DNA from: Victivallales bacterium
Lineage (GTDB): Bacteria; Verrucomicrobiota; Lentisphaeria; Victivallales; UBA1829
DNA length: 63,640 nucleotides
Direction: 5' to 3'
Assembly: GCA_045114455.1 (NCBI GenBank)
Contig: JBGUKN010000053.1
Coordinates: 1-63,640, forward strand
Positions 40,486-49,906 of this stretch are shown here, piece by piece. A program made the translations under genes and the position numbers. Position 1 is the first letter of the stretch. Every line of letters begins with the position of its first letter. Below the pieces are notes generated by a model. That model saw only the letters and a program-made list of their open reading frames with translations, was not told the origin of the DNA and made no database searches.

Positions 40486-42432
40486 TTACTTCACGTTCAG
40501 TCGGCCTCCCGCGGTCAGGATGACGCGGTCCTCGTCGGACACGTTCAGGTTCAGCTTGATCTGGAAGGTCTCTCCACCGGGCTTCTTCACGGTAGCCGTG
40601 ATGGAAGATTCCTGCACGGCCTTGCGGAGGTCGTCGATTTCGACGGCGTCCTCCGGGTCGATCCGGTCGTAGTCGGCGGGGTTCGCGAACGTGAGCGGCA
40701 GGATGCCGAAATTGATCATGTTGGCGCGGATGATGCGCTCGATGGCGATGGCGATCACGGCCTTCACGCCGAGGTACATCGGGCAGATGGCGGCGTGTTC
40801 GCGGCTGGAACCCTGGCCGAAGCTGTCGCGGCCCACGATGACGGCCTGGCGGCCGGAGTCGCGGACGGAGGATGCGCGTTCGGCGAAGGTGGGCTTGCCG
40901 GGGACGTTGGTCTGCGCGAAGACGGCCTTGGCGTATTCGGGGATGTTGCTGCGGTATTTGAGGTATGCGCCGGCGGGCATGATGTCGTCGGTGGAGGTCT
41001 TGTCGCCGGTCTTGATGACCACGACGCCGTCCAGTTTCTCCGGCAGCGGCTTGCAGTTCGGCGGCGCACCGATCGTGGGCTTGCGGATGATCTCGACGGA
41101 CGCCGGATCGTCGGCAGGCGGCAGGATCATGGAGTCGTCGACCGTGAAGGATTCGGGATCCTTGAACACGGGGTATTCGAACCCGAGCGCAAGCGGAGAG
41201 GTGAATTCGCCTGTGAGGGCGGCGGCGCAGGCGGTCTCCGGGCTGACCAGGTAGGACTGGTCGCCCTTCGTGCCGGAACGGCCGGGGAAGTTGCGGTTGA
41301 ACGTGCGGACCGTGACGGTGCCGTTTGCCGGGCTCTGGCCCTGCCCGATGCAGGGGCCGCAGCCGCATTCGAGGATGCGGGCTCCGGCGGCGACGATGTC
41401 CGCGAGCTTGCCGTCCGCGGCGAGCATGCCGAGGACCTGGCGGCTGCCGGGCGCGATGTCGAGGGAGACGTTCGGGTGGACCTTGCGTCCTTTGAGCATG
41501 CCGGCGACGATGGAGAGGTCGCGGTAGGAACTGTTTGTGCAGGAACCGATGATGACCTGGTTGACTTTCATTCCGGCGAGCTCGGCGACGGTCTTGATGT
41601 TGTCCGGGCTGGACGGGCAGGCGGCCATCGGCTCGAGCGTGGAGAGATCGATGTCGATCACGCGGTCGTATTCGGCGTCGGGATCGGCGACGAGCTCGGT
41701 CCAGACGGAGCCGCGGCCCTGCGCCTCGAGGAAGGCGCGCGTGCTGTCGTCGGACGGGAAGACGGAGGTGGTCACGCCGAGCTCCGCGCCCATATTGGTG
41801 ATGGTGGCGCGCTGGGGAACGGAGAGCGTGGCGACGCCGGGTCCGAAATACTCCACCATGCAGCCGACGTTGCCTTTGGTCGTGAGGATGCTGAGGACCT
41901 TCAGGATGACGTCCTTCGCGGCGACCCAGGGCTGGAGTTTGCCGGAGAGGTGGATGCCGACGATCTTCGGATAGGCGAGGCGGAAGGGCTTTCCGGCCAT
42001 GGCGAGCGCAACGTCCAGGCCGCCCGCGCCGATTGCCATCATGCCGATGCCGCCGCCGGTCGGCGTGTGGGAGTCGGAGCCGAGCAGGGTCTTGCCGGGC
42101 ACGCCGAAGCGTTCGAGGTGGACCTGGTGGCAGATGCCGTTGCCGGGACGGCTGAAACGGATGCCGTGCGCGGCGGCAACGGACTGGAGATAGAGGTGGT
42201 CATTGGGGTTTTCCGGCCCCATCTGGAGCATGTTGTGGTCGACGTAGGACACGGACAGCTCGGTTTTCACCTTGCCGGTCCCCATCGCCTCAAGTTCCAG
42301 ATAAGCCATCGTCCCGGTGGCGTCCTGCGTCAGCGTCTGGTCGATGCGGATCGCCGCCGGTTCGCCGGGCACGCCCCTGCCGGACACGAGATGGTTCGCT
42401 AAGATTTTCTGAATGACCGTTCCTTTTGCCAT
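40486..42432 (-). CDS. Aconitate hydratase (short type)
   Basis: QDATGT, VDHN, GICHQVH, GSDSHT, IGSCTN, CGCGPCIG, FNRNF, TDDIMPAG, GQGSSREHA. Confidence 0.92.
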   Translation of the reverse strand: MAKGTVIQKILANHLVSGRGVPGEPAAIRIDQTLTQDATGTMAYLELEAMGTGKVKTELSVSYVDHNMLQMGPENPNDHLYLQSVAAAHGIRFSRPGNGICHQVHLERFGVPGKTLLGSDSHTPTGGGIGMMAIGAGGLDVALAMAGKPFRLAYPKIVGIHLSGKLQPWVAAKDVILKVLSILTTKGNVGCMVEYFGPGVATLSVPQRATITNMGAELGVTTSVFPSDDSTRAFLEAQGRGSVWTELVADPDAEYDRVIDIDLSTLEPMAACPSSPDNIKTVAELAGMKVNQVIIGSCTNSSYRDLSIVAGMLKGRKVHPNVSLDIAPGSRQVLGMLAADGKLADIVAAGARILECGCGPCIGQGQSPANGTVTVRTFNRNFPGRSGTKGDQSYLVSPETACAAALTGEFTSPLALGFEYPVFKDPESFTVDDSMILPPADDPASVEIIRKPTIGAPPNCKPLPEKLDGVVVIKTGDKTSTDDIMPAGAYLKYRSNIPEYAKAVFAQTNVPGKPTFAERASSVRDSGRQAVIVGRDSFGQGSSREHAAICPMYLGVKAVIAIAIERIIRANMINFGILPLTFANPADYDRIDPEDAVEIDDLRKAVQESSITATVKKPGGETFQIKLNLNVSDEDRVILTAGGRLNVK

Positions 42433-42458
42433 TGCTTCTGATCTCCGATTTCAAGTGT

Positions 42459-42493
42459 AAAAAAACGGGGACGTACCTGATTGGGACGTCCCT
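42459..42493 (-). terminator. Probable terminator/attenuator hairpin between the small basic protein gene and aconitase
   Basis: GGGACGT...ACGTCCC inverted repeat with an A7 tract on its left. Confidence 0.5.
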
Positions 42494-42563
42494 GATCTCA
42501 GAATCCGCGGATTCCGGCGCACCGGAAACCGGGATGTTCGAACCGCGCGCGGCGGCTCCGGGC

Positions 42564-42722
42564 TTACTCTTCGGGTTTGGTCTTGGGAAGAGCGCTGAGA
42601 ACTTTCTGGCCTTCCTGCCAGCGGCCGTCCTGCTTGAGGATGTTGATGCGTTCGAAACGCTTCAGGACGTTTCTCTGTTTCCGGATGCGTCCGGCGGCCT
42701 TCAGACTGGGATGCTTGGACAT
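42564..42722 (-). CDS. PVC-superphylum signature small basic protein (TIGR04137-like; not in ORF track)
   Basis: MSKHPSLKAAGRIRKQRNVLKRFERINILKQDGRWQEGQKVLSALPKTKPEE matches MS.H.SL...RNVL.R.ERI..L...GRW...LPK; GGAG RBS. Confidence 0.88.
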   Translation of the reverse strand: MSKHPSLKAAGRIRKQRNVLKRFERINILKQDGRWQEGQKVLSALPKTKPEE

Positions 42723-42839
42723 TTCAAAATCTCCATTGATATCTGTTATGTGTTGTATGTGTGTCGCGTAAAAATAACTAAATACTATACATCATTTTGT
42801 GGAAAATGCAAGCCTGATGCTTTTTTTTCCCGAAAAAAA

Positions 42840-42987
42840 GGAGGACAAGTCCTCCACTGAGGTAGTGCGCTCAGCTTCGCTTGCGCACACACAAAGTGTG
42901 TCAGGCAGTGCGCGGCTTCGCTCGCGCACACACAAAGTGTGTCAGGCAGTGCGCGGCTTCGCTCGCGCACGGGAGGACAAGTCCTCC
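42840..42987. repeat. Intergenic palindromic mosaic repeat (REP/BIME-like)
   Basis: Two exact 41-bp units (ACACAAAGTGTGTCAGGCAGTGCGCGGCTTCGCTCGCGCAC) plus a degenerate partial one, flanked by direct copies of the palindrome GGAGGACAAGTCCTCC. Confidence 0.85.
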
Positions 42988-45609
42988 TTAGAAAGAAATT
43001 GAAATGACGTCGCCGGCTTTATAGCCGCCATCGGGGAGGTAATCCCTGACTTCGCCGTTTTGGATGCGGACGCGGAATCCGGGCGTATCGTGCATGCAGG
43101 TGACGGTCGCTTTTTCAAGTCTGCCGTTTTTCCATGAGATGTCTACCTCGAACCCGCCGCGCGCCTTGAGTCCCTTTACGGAACCGGACTCGAAGCCTTT
43201 TCCGGTCGGCAGCGCAGGCAGGAAGTCAAGCGTGTAGATGCGCTCCGCGCCGCGATCCTCGTAGATATGGCTCTGGAGGAGCATTTCGACGATGCCGGAG
43301 AGCGCGCCGAAATTGCCGTCGATCTGGAACGGCGGATGCGCGTCGAGCAGGCTGCCGTAGACGCCGCCCGCCCCGTACACGACCGACTGTTCGCTGACGT
43401 AGGTGAGCTGTTCGCGGAGCAGTTTGTACGCGCGGTCGCCGTCGAGGAGGCGCGCCCAGAGGTTGATCTTCCACGCCTTCGACCAGCCGGTCCCCTCGTC
43501 GCCGCGGCGGTTCAGCACCACGCGCGCGCCGTCGGCCTCCTTCGTGTTCGTGTGCGGATCGATCTGCGAGCCGGGCATGAGGGCGAAGAGATGGGAGATG
43601 TGGCGGTGCTGGTCGTCCGGGTTGTCGACATCCGGGCCCCATTCCTGGATCTGGCCGTAGCGTCCGATTGCGATCGGGCGGATCTTCTCATTGGCGGCCT
43701 TCAGCTCGTTCAGGAACGCCTCGTCCCTGTCGCCGAGGACCTTCGCGGCGAAAAGCGTGTCGCGGAAGACTTCGCGGATGATGGCGGACTCCATCTCGCC
43801 GCCCCACGCCGCGCTGCCGCCGCCGTTCGTGCCGTCGCGGAAACTGTTCTCCGGCGAGGTCGACGGGTTCATGGAAAGTTTCCCGTCCGGTCCCTCGACG
43901 AGCGAGGCGAGGAAGAACCGGCAGTTGTCCTTCATGGCGGGATAGATCTTTTCGAGGTACGCCTTGTCGCCGTTGAACGCATAGTGGTCGAACATCATCT
44001 GGCAGAACCAGCCGCCCGCGCTGAAGAACGGCCCCCACGGCAGGCTGCCGCCGGGCGCGGTCCAGCCCCAGGCGTTGGTCGTGTAGGCGCAGGTCCAGCC
44101 GGGCGCGTTGAAATACTCCTTCGCGGTGATGCGGCCGGACGGGATGAGCGCGAGGTTCATGTTCACGGCCGGGGTCATGCACTCGGAGAGGTTGGCGGTG
44201 TTCACGGGCCAGTAGTTCATCTGGTAGTTGATGTTGCTCTTGTAGTCGCATTTCCACGGCAGGTCGTAGCCGTCGCCCCAGATGCCCTGCGAGTTCGACG
44301 GCAGCGGGTTGTCCTCGCGGCTGGACGCGATCATGAGGTAGCGCCCGAACTGCGCGAAGAGCGCGGCGAACGCGGTATCCTCCGGGTGGTCCTTGAAGCG
44401 GTTCAGGCGTTCCACGGTCGTGAGGTTCAGGAATTTTTCCAGTTTTTCGTCCGATTTCCCTTCGACCGGATTCCTGAAGTCGAACGTGACGCGGTCGAAG
44501 AAGTTCCGGTAATCCTGAATATGATCTTCCAGGAGCACGGAGAAAAGGTCCACCGACAACCAGCGGCGCGGTTCATCCGGCCTGTAGACCCCGGACCGGA
44601 TTACCTCTTTCACTTGCGGTCCAGCTTTTGTAATCCGCTCGCGGACGACCGCGACGAGGTCGTCGTCGTTCCGGTAGTTTGCGTCCCAGTCGCACTTGTA
44701 GCTGGTGTGGGCGGCGAGGTACACCGTAAACGACGTTGCACCCGTGACCGTGATCGTGTCCCTTTCGGCGGAAAGCTTGGCGTTGATGCTGTCAAAAATC
44801 CCATAGATGTCCGTGTTCGGGCGGGACTCCGGCATACGTCGTGGACGGTTGTCGCGTGTCGGTCTCAGGAACATTTGTCCCGGGACGGCCCTCAGCATGA
44901 CGGCGTAATCGCAGTTGCCCTTGCGGTTCTCGTAATCGGTGTTCCCGGTCATCAGCAGCGTGTCGTTTCCCTCGGCAACGGTCTTTGCCGCGCGGCCGCG
45001 GTTGAGCGTGATGCGGCAGGAGAGAGCGCCGGGCTTCGACGCCGAGAACCGCGCCGCGATGACCTGGTCCGGGTGGCTGGCGAAATACTCGCGGGTGTAC
45101 GTGACACCGTCCGCCGTGAACCTCACGGTCTCGACGGCTGTTTGTAAATCGAGCTTGCGGCTGTAGTTTTCGATCTTCGCGTCTTCGGGGATGTCGAACT
45201 TTATCTTCAGGTCGCCGAGCGTCTGATACGACGGAAAATAGCCGCCTTTCTCGGTCATATAGCGGTTCACCAGGCCGTCCGCCCGCCGCCAGTCGCTTTT
45301 GTTGATCGCCTCGCGGATTTCCGGCAGATGCGTCCACGAATCCTTCTTCCACGGGTCGTCCTTGCCGCCGGACCACACCGTGACGTCGTTCAGCTGGAGC
45401 CGTTCCTCGCGGACGCCGCCGAACACCATCGCGCCGAACCGTCCGTTGCCGATGGGGTACGCCTCGCTCCACACCTTCGCCGGGGCGTTGTCGCGAATGG
45501 ATGAATTCGCCTCCTTGAGGCGCGCCTCGAAGTTGTCCGGCAGGGCGGATGCGGTATGCGCAGCGGCGAAGCAGACGAACGGGATCAGGAACGTTTTCAG
45601 GCGGTTCAT
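42988..45609 (-). CDS. Glycoside hydrolase family 95 (alpha-1,2-L-fucosidase-like), secreted
   Basis: PIGNGRFGAMVFGG, YQTLGDL, QFGRYLMIASSR, NINYQMNYW, SPEN, HRHISHL, GTGWSKAW, HPPFQIDGNFG. Confidence 0.94.
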   Translation of the reverse strand: MNRLKTFLIPFVCFAAAHTASALPDNFEARLKEANSSIRDNAPAKVWSEAYPIGNGRFGAMVFGGVREERLQLNDVTVWSGGKDDPWKKDSWTHLPEIREAINKSDWRRADGLVNRYMTEKGGYFPSYQTLGDLKIKFDIPEDAKIENYSRKLDLQTAVETVRFTADGVTYTREYFASHPDQVIAARFSASKPGALSCRITLNRGRAAKTVAEGNDTLLMTGNTDYENRKGNCDYAVMLRAVPGQMFLRPTRDNRPRRMPESRPNTDIYGIFDSINAKLSAERDTITVTGATSFTVYLAAHTSYKCDWDANYRNDDDLVAVVRERITKAGPQVKEVIRSGVYRPDEPRRWLSVDLFSVLLEDHIQDYRNFFDRVTFDFRNPVEGKSDEKLEKFLNLTTVERLNRFKDHPEDTAFAALFAQFGRYLMIASSREDNPLPSNSQGIWGDGYDLPWKCDYKSNINYQMNYWPVNTANLSECMTPAVNMNLALIPSGRITAKEYFNAPGWTCAYTTNAWGWTAPGGSLPWGPFFSAGGWFCQMMFDHYAFNGDKAYLEKIYPAMKDNCRFFLASLVEGPDGKLSMNPSTSPENSFRDGTNGGGSAAWGGEMESAIIREVFRDTLFAAKVLGDRDEAFLNELKAANEKIRPIAIGRYGQIQEWGPDVDNPDDQHRHISHLFALMPGSQIDPHTNTKEADGARVVLNRRGDEGTGWSKAWKINLWARLLDGDRAYKLLREQLTYVSEQSVVYGAGGVYGSLLDAHPPFQIDGNFGALSGIVEMLLQSHIYEDRGAERIYTLDFLPALPTGKGFESGSVKGLKARGGFEVDISWKNGRLEKATVTCMHDTPGFRVRIQNGEVRDYLPDGGYKAGDVISISF

Positions 45610-45869
45610 AGCGGGGGTCTCCTGTTCGAAACAAATGTCTTTTCTTTCTTCGTTGTACTATATCATGTTTGCGCCGAAAAATCAACAGCCAACACACGCG
45701 AAAAGAAGGTTTTTCCGGCTTTGATACGGGATTTAACGTCATATGACGTTAAAACTGACAACTGCCATCATGCCGGATTATAACGGAACGCGTTTGCAAA
45801 GCGGCGGAACCGTGCTATTGTATAGCATGTTTTCACCGTTCAACGCATTTTCAGGAAAGGAGTTCCGCC

Positions 45870-46793
45870 ATGAACAGACATTTCACCCGCCGCAAGCTCG
45901 GCCTCGCCCTCTTCTGCATCGCATTTGCCTCTTTTTCATCCATTTCCTGCGCCGACGAACCCGCGGACATCCCGCTGTGGAAACCCGGTCAGGGCGGCGC
46001 GAACACGGAGAAAACGTCGCTCCGCTGGTACGTGCCGGAGAAGCCGAACGGGACCGTGGTCGTGATCTGCCCCGGCGGCGGTTACGGGGCGCTGATGAAA
46101 GCCAACGAGGGATACAACATCGCGAAATGGCTGAACAAATACGGCGTGACGGGCGTGGTGCTGTCCTACCGGATCGCGCCGAACCGGCATCCGCTGCCGC
46201 TTCAGGACGCGGCGCACGCGATGCGGACGGTGCGCGCCGAGGGCAGGTCGCGCGGCGTGGAGCCGAAGAAGGTCGGCGTGATGGGATTCTCCGCGGGCGG
46301 CCACCTCGCCAGCACTATCGCGACGCATTTCGACGACGGCGACGCGAAATCCGAAGACCCGATCGAAAAGATGTCCTCGCGCCCCGATTTCCAGGCCCTG
46401 ATCTACCCCGTCATCACGATGGCCGCGAAGACCGAGGGCGGCACGAAACGCAACCTGCTGGGCCCCAACCCGTCGCAGGAGCTGATTGATCTCCTGTCCA
46501 ACGAAAAACAGGTCACGGACAAGACCCCGCCCGCGTTCGTGTGCCATTCCGCGAAGGACCAGCTCGTCCCGGTCGACAACAGCCGCATCTACGTCGAAGC
46601 GCTCAAGGCACACAAGGTCCCGGTCGAATATCTGGAGTTCACCGAGGGCGGACACGGGTTCACCGGCTCGAAACTGCCGCTCTGGCAGATGTGGCAGGAC
46701 GCCTGCGCCGCATGGATGTTCAAGCAGGGCTATATCTCCGAGGACCCGACGGCAAAGGACAAGAAGGCCGACGATAAGGAAAAGAAAGACTGA
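45870..46793 (+). CDS. Secreted alpha/beta hydrolase (carbohydrate esterase-like)
   Basis: Signal peptide; CPGGGY, GFSAGGHL, SSRPDF..LIYPVI, DQLV, GGHGF. Confidence 0.85.
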   Translation: MNRHFTRRKLGLALFCIAFASFSSISCADEPADIPLWKPGQGGANTEKTSLRWYVPEKPNGTVVVICPGGGYGALMKANEGYNIAKWLNKYGVTGVVLSYRIAPNRHPLPLQDAAHAMRTVRAEGRSRGVEPKKVGVMGFSAGGHLASTIATHFDDGDAKSEDPIEKMSSRPDFQALIYPVITMAAKTEGGTKRNLLGPNPSQELIDLLSNEKQVTDKTPPAFVCHSAKDQLVPVDNSRIYVEALKAHKVPVEYLEFTEGGHGFTGSKLPLWQMWQDACAAWMFKQGYISEDPTAKDKKADDKEKKD

Positions 46794-46816
46794 GCCGATC
46801 GGTTAAGCGGCCAAGA

Positions 46817-46870
46817 ATAAGTCGGATAAGTCATATAGGACCTATAGGACTTGTATGACCTATAGGTCTT
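46817..46870. repeat. Degenerate 9-bp tandem repeat (ATAGG[A/T]C[C/T]T-like, six units)
   Basis: ATAAGTCGG ATAAGTCAT ATAGGACCT ATAGGACTT GTATGACCT ATAGGTCTT between convergent genes. Confidence 0.75.
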
Positions 46871-46899
46871 ATTGTATATTCCCCGGAACGGTCCGCCGC

Positions 46900-49050
46900 T
46901 CAGTTCTTCTGAGGGAACCCGGAGAAAAGCACGCCGATCGTGCTGGCGGCGGCAGTGGTCTGCGGTGTCTTCGGCAGACGCGCCATGGTTTCCGAGAACA
47001 TGGCGGGGAGCTTCTTTTCGCCCATCGTATGCAGGATGCGGGCGGCGGCGACGAGTTCTTCGGCGACGGCATTAGCGGTAGCCGGGATCTCGGGGTCTTC
47101 CGGCCTCAGCCGGGCGGCCTTGTCGTAATCCCCGCGCAGGACCTCGAACGCGCAGAGGATGGTCTCGCTGCTCCTGCCGTCGTCGCCGTAGAGTTCGGCG
47201 TAGGCGGCTTTGGCCTCGTCCTGCGTGATCTTCTCCAGGTCGGCGTCATCCCCGGCGAACACGGCGTAGACGCGGTCCAGGAAATCGATCCGGCGCATCA
47301 TCTCCGTGCACCATGATTCGAGGCGCGGCGAACGGAGCTGTTCGGTCGTGAGCATCTGCCTCGCGAGCGAAAACCGCTGCGTCACGACGAGCTGATGCAG
47401 GCGCTGCCGCAGGTTGTTGATCTTCAGTTCATCGGATGCGGCGAGCTCCTCTTCCCGCGTCTTGCTGAGGGCGTTGTAGTCCGCCCGGCTTTTCACGAGG
47501 TCGTGCTGGGCGGAAATAAGGTCGGAATGATAGACTTCGCCGTCCTTGATCGCGGCGTCGATCTCGTCCTTGAGCCGCGGCACGACGATGGTCTTCAGGT
47601 TGGCGATCTCGTCGTTCAGCAGGCTGATCTGGTTTTCCAGCACGGCCGTGGACTCGGACGAGGCGGACGCGCTTCCGTCCGCGGGCTTATCCCTGTCCGT
47701 GCGCTGGGACAGCAGATAATTGATATGGGACAGCACGTAGCGGCTGATCCGGTCGCTGCGGACGGCATTGTTCCCTGTGAGACCATCGATCAGCACGGCG
47801 GATTCCGCGTTGAGGCGTTCCAGGGGGATGTCCGGGTTGGCGGCGAGGCGTTCGAAAGCGTCGACGTTGCCGAACATGGAGCGTTCGAGCGAACGCTGCC
47901 GGGCGCCGGAGAAAAAGTACAGCGCGATAACCGCGACGAGGGCGACCGGCAGCACGACGAGCATCACGCGGGACAGCAGCGACGGTTTGTTGGCGTTGCG
48001 CTGTTTCCGCCGGATGCGGTCCTCCCGGCGTTTGTTGTTCACATATTCCGTCTGGATCCCGTAGTTCAGGCGGCGGATGGAGATCGTGTGGACGTCCGGC
48101 ACGAGGTTTCGGTTCGGCGCCGTGAGCTGGCGCAGACGCCAGATCGCGTCCAGCAGTTCCTCCATGTCGGCGTAGCGTTTCGAAGGCTTCTTCGCCATCA
48201 TCTTCTTGATGAGTGCGGACACGGTCGACGGCAGCCCCGGCACGAAGCGTTCCGGCGGCTCGGGCTTCTGGTTGAAATGCTGGTTGGCGAGCGTGCTGAT
48301 GGAAACGGCGCGGAACGGCAGCGCCCCGGTGATCATCTGGTAGAGCGTCACGCCGAGGCTGTAGATGTCGCTGCGCGTGTCGAGCGGCTCGCCGGCGAAC
48401 TGTTCCGGGCTCATGTAGGACGGGCTTCCGGAGATGTCCATGTCCTCCGACCAGTCCTTCTGGTTCATGGCAAGGCCGAGGTCGGTCAGCTTGGCGATGC
48501 CGTCGTCGGTAAGCATGATGTTGTCGGGCTTCACGTCGCGGTGGATCAGACGGCTTTCGTTCCATGCGTAGCACAGGGCTTCGGCGACCTGCTGGACGAT
48601 GTGAAGCGCCTCGTCGATCGGGATCCGCTTCTCGCGTTTCAGGCGCGACTTCAGCGTTTCGCCCCTGATGTAGGTCATGGCCATGTAGCTGTAGCCGTCT
48701 TCCTCGCCGACCGCATAGGACTGCACCAGATTGACGTGGCTGAGCTTCGCGGCGGCGCGCGCCTCGTTCAGGAACGTCGTCACGCCCTTTTCGGTCATGT
48801 TCTTATGGGACAGCACCTTCAGCGCAACTTCGCGTTCCAGCGAAATCTGCTGCGCCAGGTAGACCGTCCCGGCCGCCCCCGCCCCGATCCTGCTCTGGAT
48901 GATGAAATCGCCGATGATGCAGCCGTTGTCGAACCGCGTAGCGGGGATCGCCACCGTCTTGCCGCACGCGGGGCACACGATGCGGCCTCCGGCGTCGGAC
49001 TCCTCGACGGAGATATGAAAATGACAGAACGGGCAGGCGAAATGCAGCAT
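46900..49050 (-). CDS. Ser/Thr protein kinase with N-terminal Zn ribbon, TM and helical periplasmic domain
   Basis: CPFC...CPAC; GAGAAGTVY, VALK, HRDVKPDN, DLGLA, GSPSYMSPE, SDIYSLG; TM near aa 360-380. Confidence 0.92.
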   Translation of the reverse strand: MLHFACPFCHFHISVEESDAGGRIVCPACGKTVAIPATRFDNGCIIGDFIIQSRIGAGAAGTVYLAQQISLEREVALKVLSHKNMTEKGVTTFLNEARAAAKLSHVNLVQSYAVGEEDGYSYMAMTYIRGETLKSRLKREKRIPIDEALHIVQQVAEALCYAWNESRLIHRDVKPDNIMLTDDGIAKLTDLGLAMNQKDWSEDMDISGSPSYMSPEQFAGEPLDTRSDIYSLGVTLYQMITGALPFRAVSISTLANQHFNQKPEPPERFVPGLPSTVSALIKKMMAKKPSKRYADMEELLDAIWRLRQLTAPNRNLVPDVHTISIRRLNYGIQTEYVNNKRREDRIRRKQRNANKPSLLSRVMLVVLPVALVAVIALYFFSGARQRSLERSMFGNVDAFERLAANPDIPLERLNAESAVLIDGLTGNNAVRSDRISRYVLSHINYLLSQRTDRDKPADGSASASSESTAVLENQISLLNDEIANLKTIVVPRLKDEIDAAIKDGEVYHSDLISAQHDLVKSRADYNALSKTREEELAASDELKINNLRQRLHQLVVTQRFSLARQMLTTEQLRSPRLESWCTEMMRRIDFLDRVYAVFAGDDADLEKITQDEAKAAYAELYGDDGRSSETILCAFEVLRGDYDKAARLRPEDPEIPATANAVAEELVAAARILHTMGEKKLPAMFSETMARLPKTPQTTAAASTIGVLFSGFPQKN

Positions 49051-49271
49051 AGGGGGGCAGACATCCTTATAATAAAAAATCTACCATTTCGGATAATATA
49101 GCACTGTCGCGGCGGGTTTTCAAACGCGATTCGGACAACATCGGGAAAAAACGGTCCTGCCGTTTTCGAAATCGAACGCCGCGGCTTGCATTCCGTTCCG
49201 GGCGGGCTATATTACAGACGGGAACGCCGTTCCCGTTTTCCAAAACAATCAGAAAAGAAGGAATCCGCCAT

Positions 49272-49829
49272 ATGAAAACGCTTCTCATCGCAGGACACCC
49301 CGATCTTTCGCAATCCGTCGTCAACGCCGCGATCCTGTACGAGCTCGCACGCGCATTCCCCGGCATGACGATCCGCAAGCTCTGCGAAGCCGCGCCCGGC
49401 GGTGTGTTCGACGTCCCGGCGGAACAGGCCGCGCTTGCCGAAGCGGACTTGATCGTCTGGCAGTTCCCGTTCCACTGGTATGCCCTCCCCTGGCTCATGA
49501 AGAAATGGCTGGACGAGGTGTTCGTTCACGGATTCGCACACGGGACCGGGGCGAAACTGGTTGGGAAAAAGCTCCTTGTCTCCTTCACGACCGGGGCTCC
49601 GGCAGCGGCCTACACCGGGCAGGAAGGCTCCGTCGCGGACATTCGCGAACTCGTCACAGGGTTCCCCGCCATCGCGAAAGTGTGCGGACTGGACTATCTC
49701 GAACCGATGTGGCTGAACGGTGTCAGCTACGCCTCCCGCGACGATGCGGAGGCAGTCGCCCGGCAGCAGGCGCTGGCGCGCGACTATGCGGCACGCCTCA
49801 TCGCCCGCATCCGCGAAATTCAGGGCTGA
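49272..49829 (+). CDS. NAD(P)H-dependent oxidoreductase (flavodoxin-2, KefF/G-like)
   Basis: GHPDLSQSVVN, AEQAAL..AD.IVWQFPFHWY..P..MKKWLDEVF..GFA, SFTTG. Confidence 0.88.
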   Translation: MKTLLIAGHPDLSQSVVNAAILYELARAFPGMTIRKLCEAAPGGVFDVPAEQAALAEADLIVWQFPFHWYALPWLMKKWLDEVFVHGFAHGTGAKLVGKKLLVSFTTGAPAAAYTGQEGSVADIRELVTGFPAIAKVCGLDYLEPMWLNGVSYASRDDAEAVARQQALARDYAARLIARIREIQG

Positions 49830-49906
49830 AACAGCATTTCCGCCGCGCCGGGACAGGCGTAAAGACGCAAGCCGGGCGCTACGGGCGGTTCAAATTCAAG
49901 TCCCGC

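Noticed and set aside
38632-42402. 1256-aa plus-strand ORF, and similar long antisense ORFs (28042-31035, 10056-12677, 54883-57582, 3581-5608)
   Set aside because: Shadows of speA/aconitase, rbbA and others; no motifs, and composition is typical of reverse-complemented high-GC genes.
42840-42987. Possible mini-CRISPR array
   Set aside because: Units are contiguous and identical with no unique spacers, and there are no cas genes; treated as a REP-like mosaic.
46900-49050. Zn-ribbon Ser/Thr kinase as a novelty
   Set aside because: Architecture is common in PVC bacteria; catalytic motifs are near-canonical and the neighbours are uninformative.
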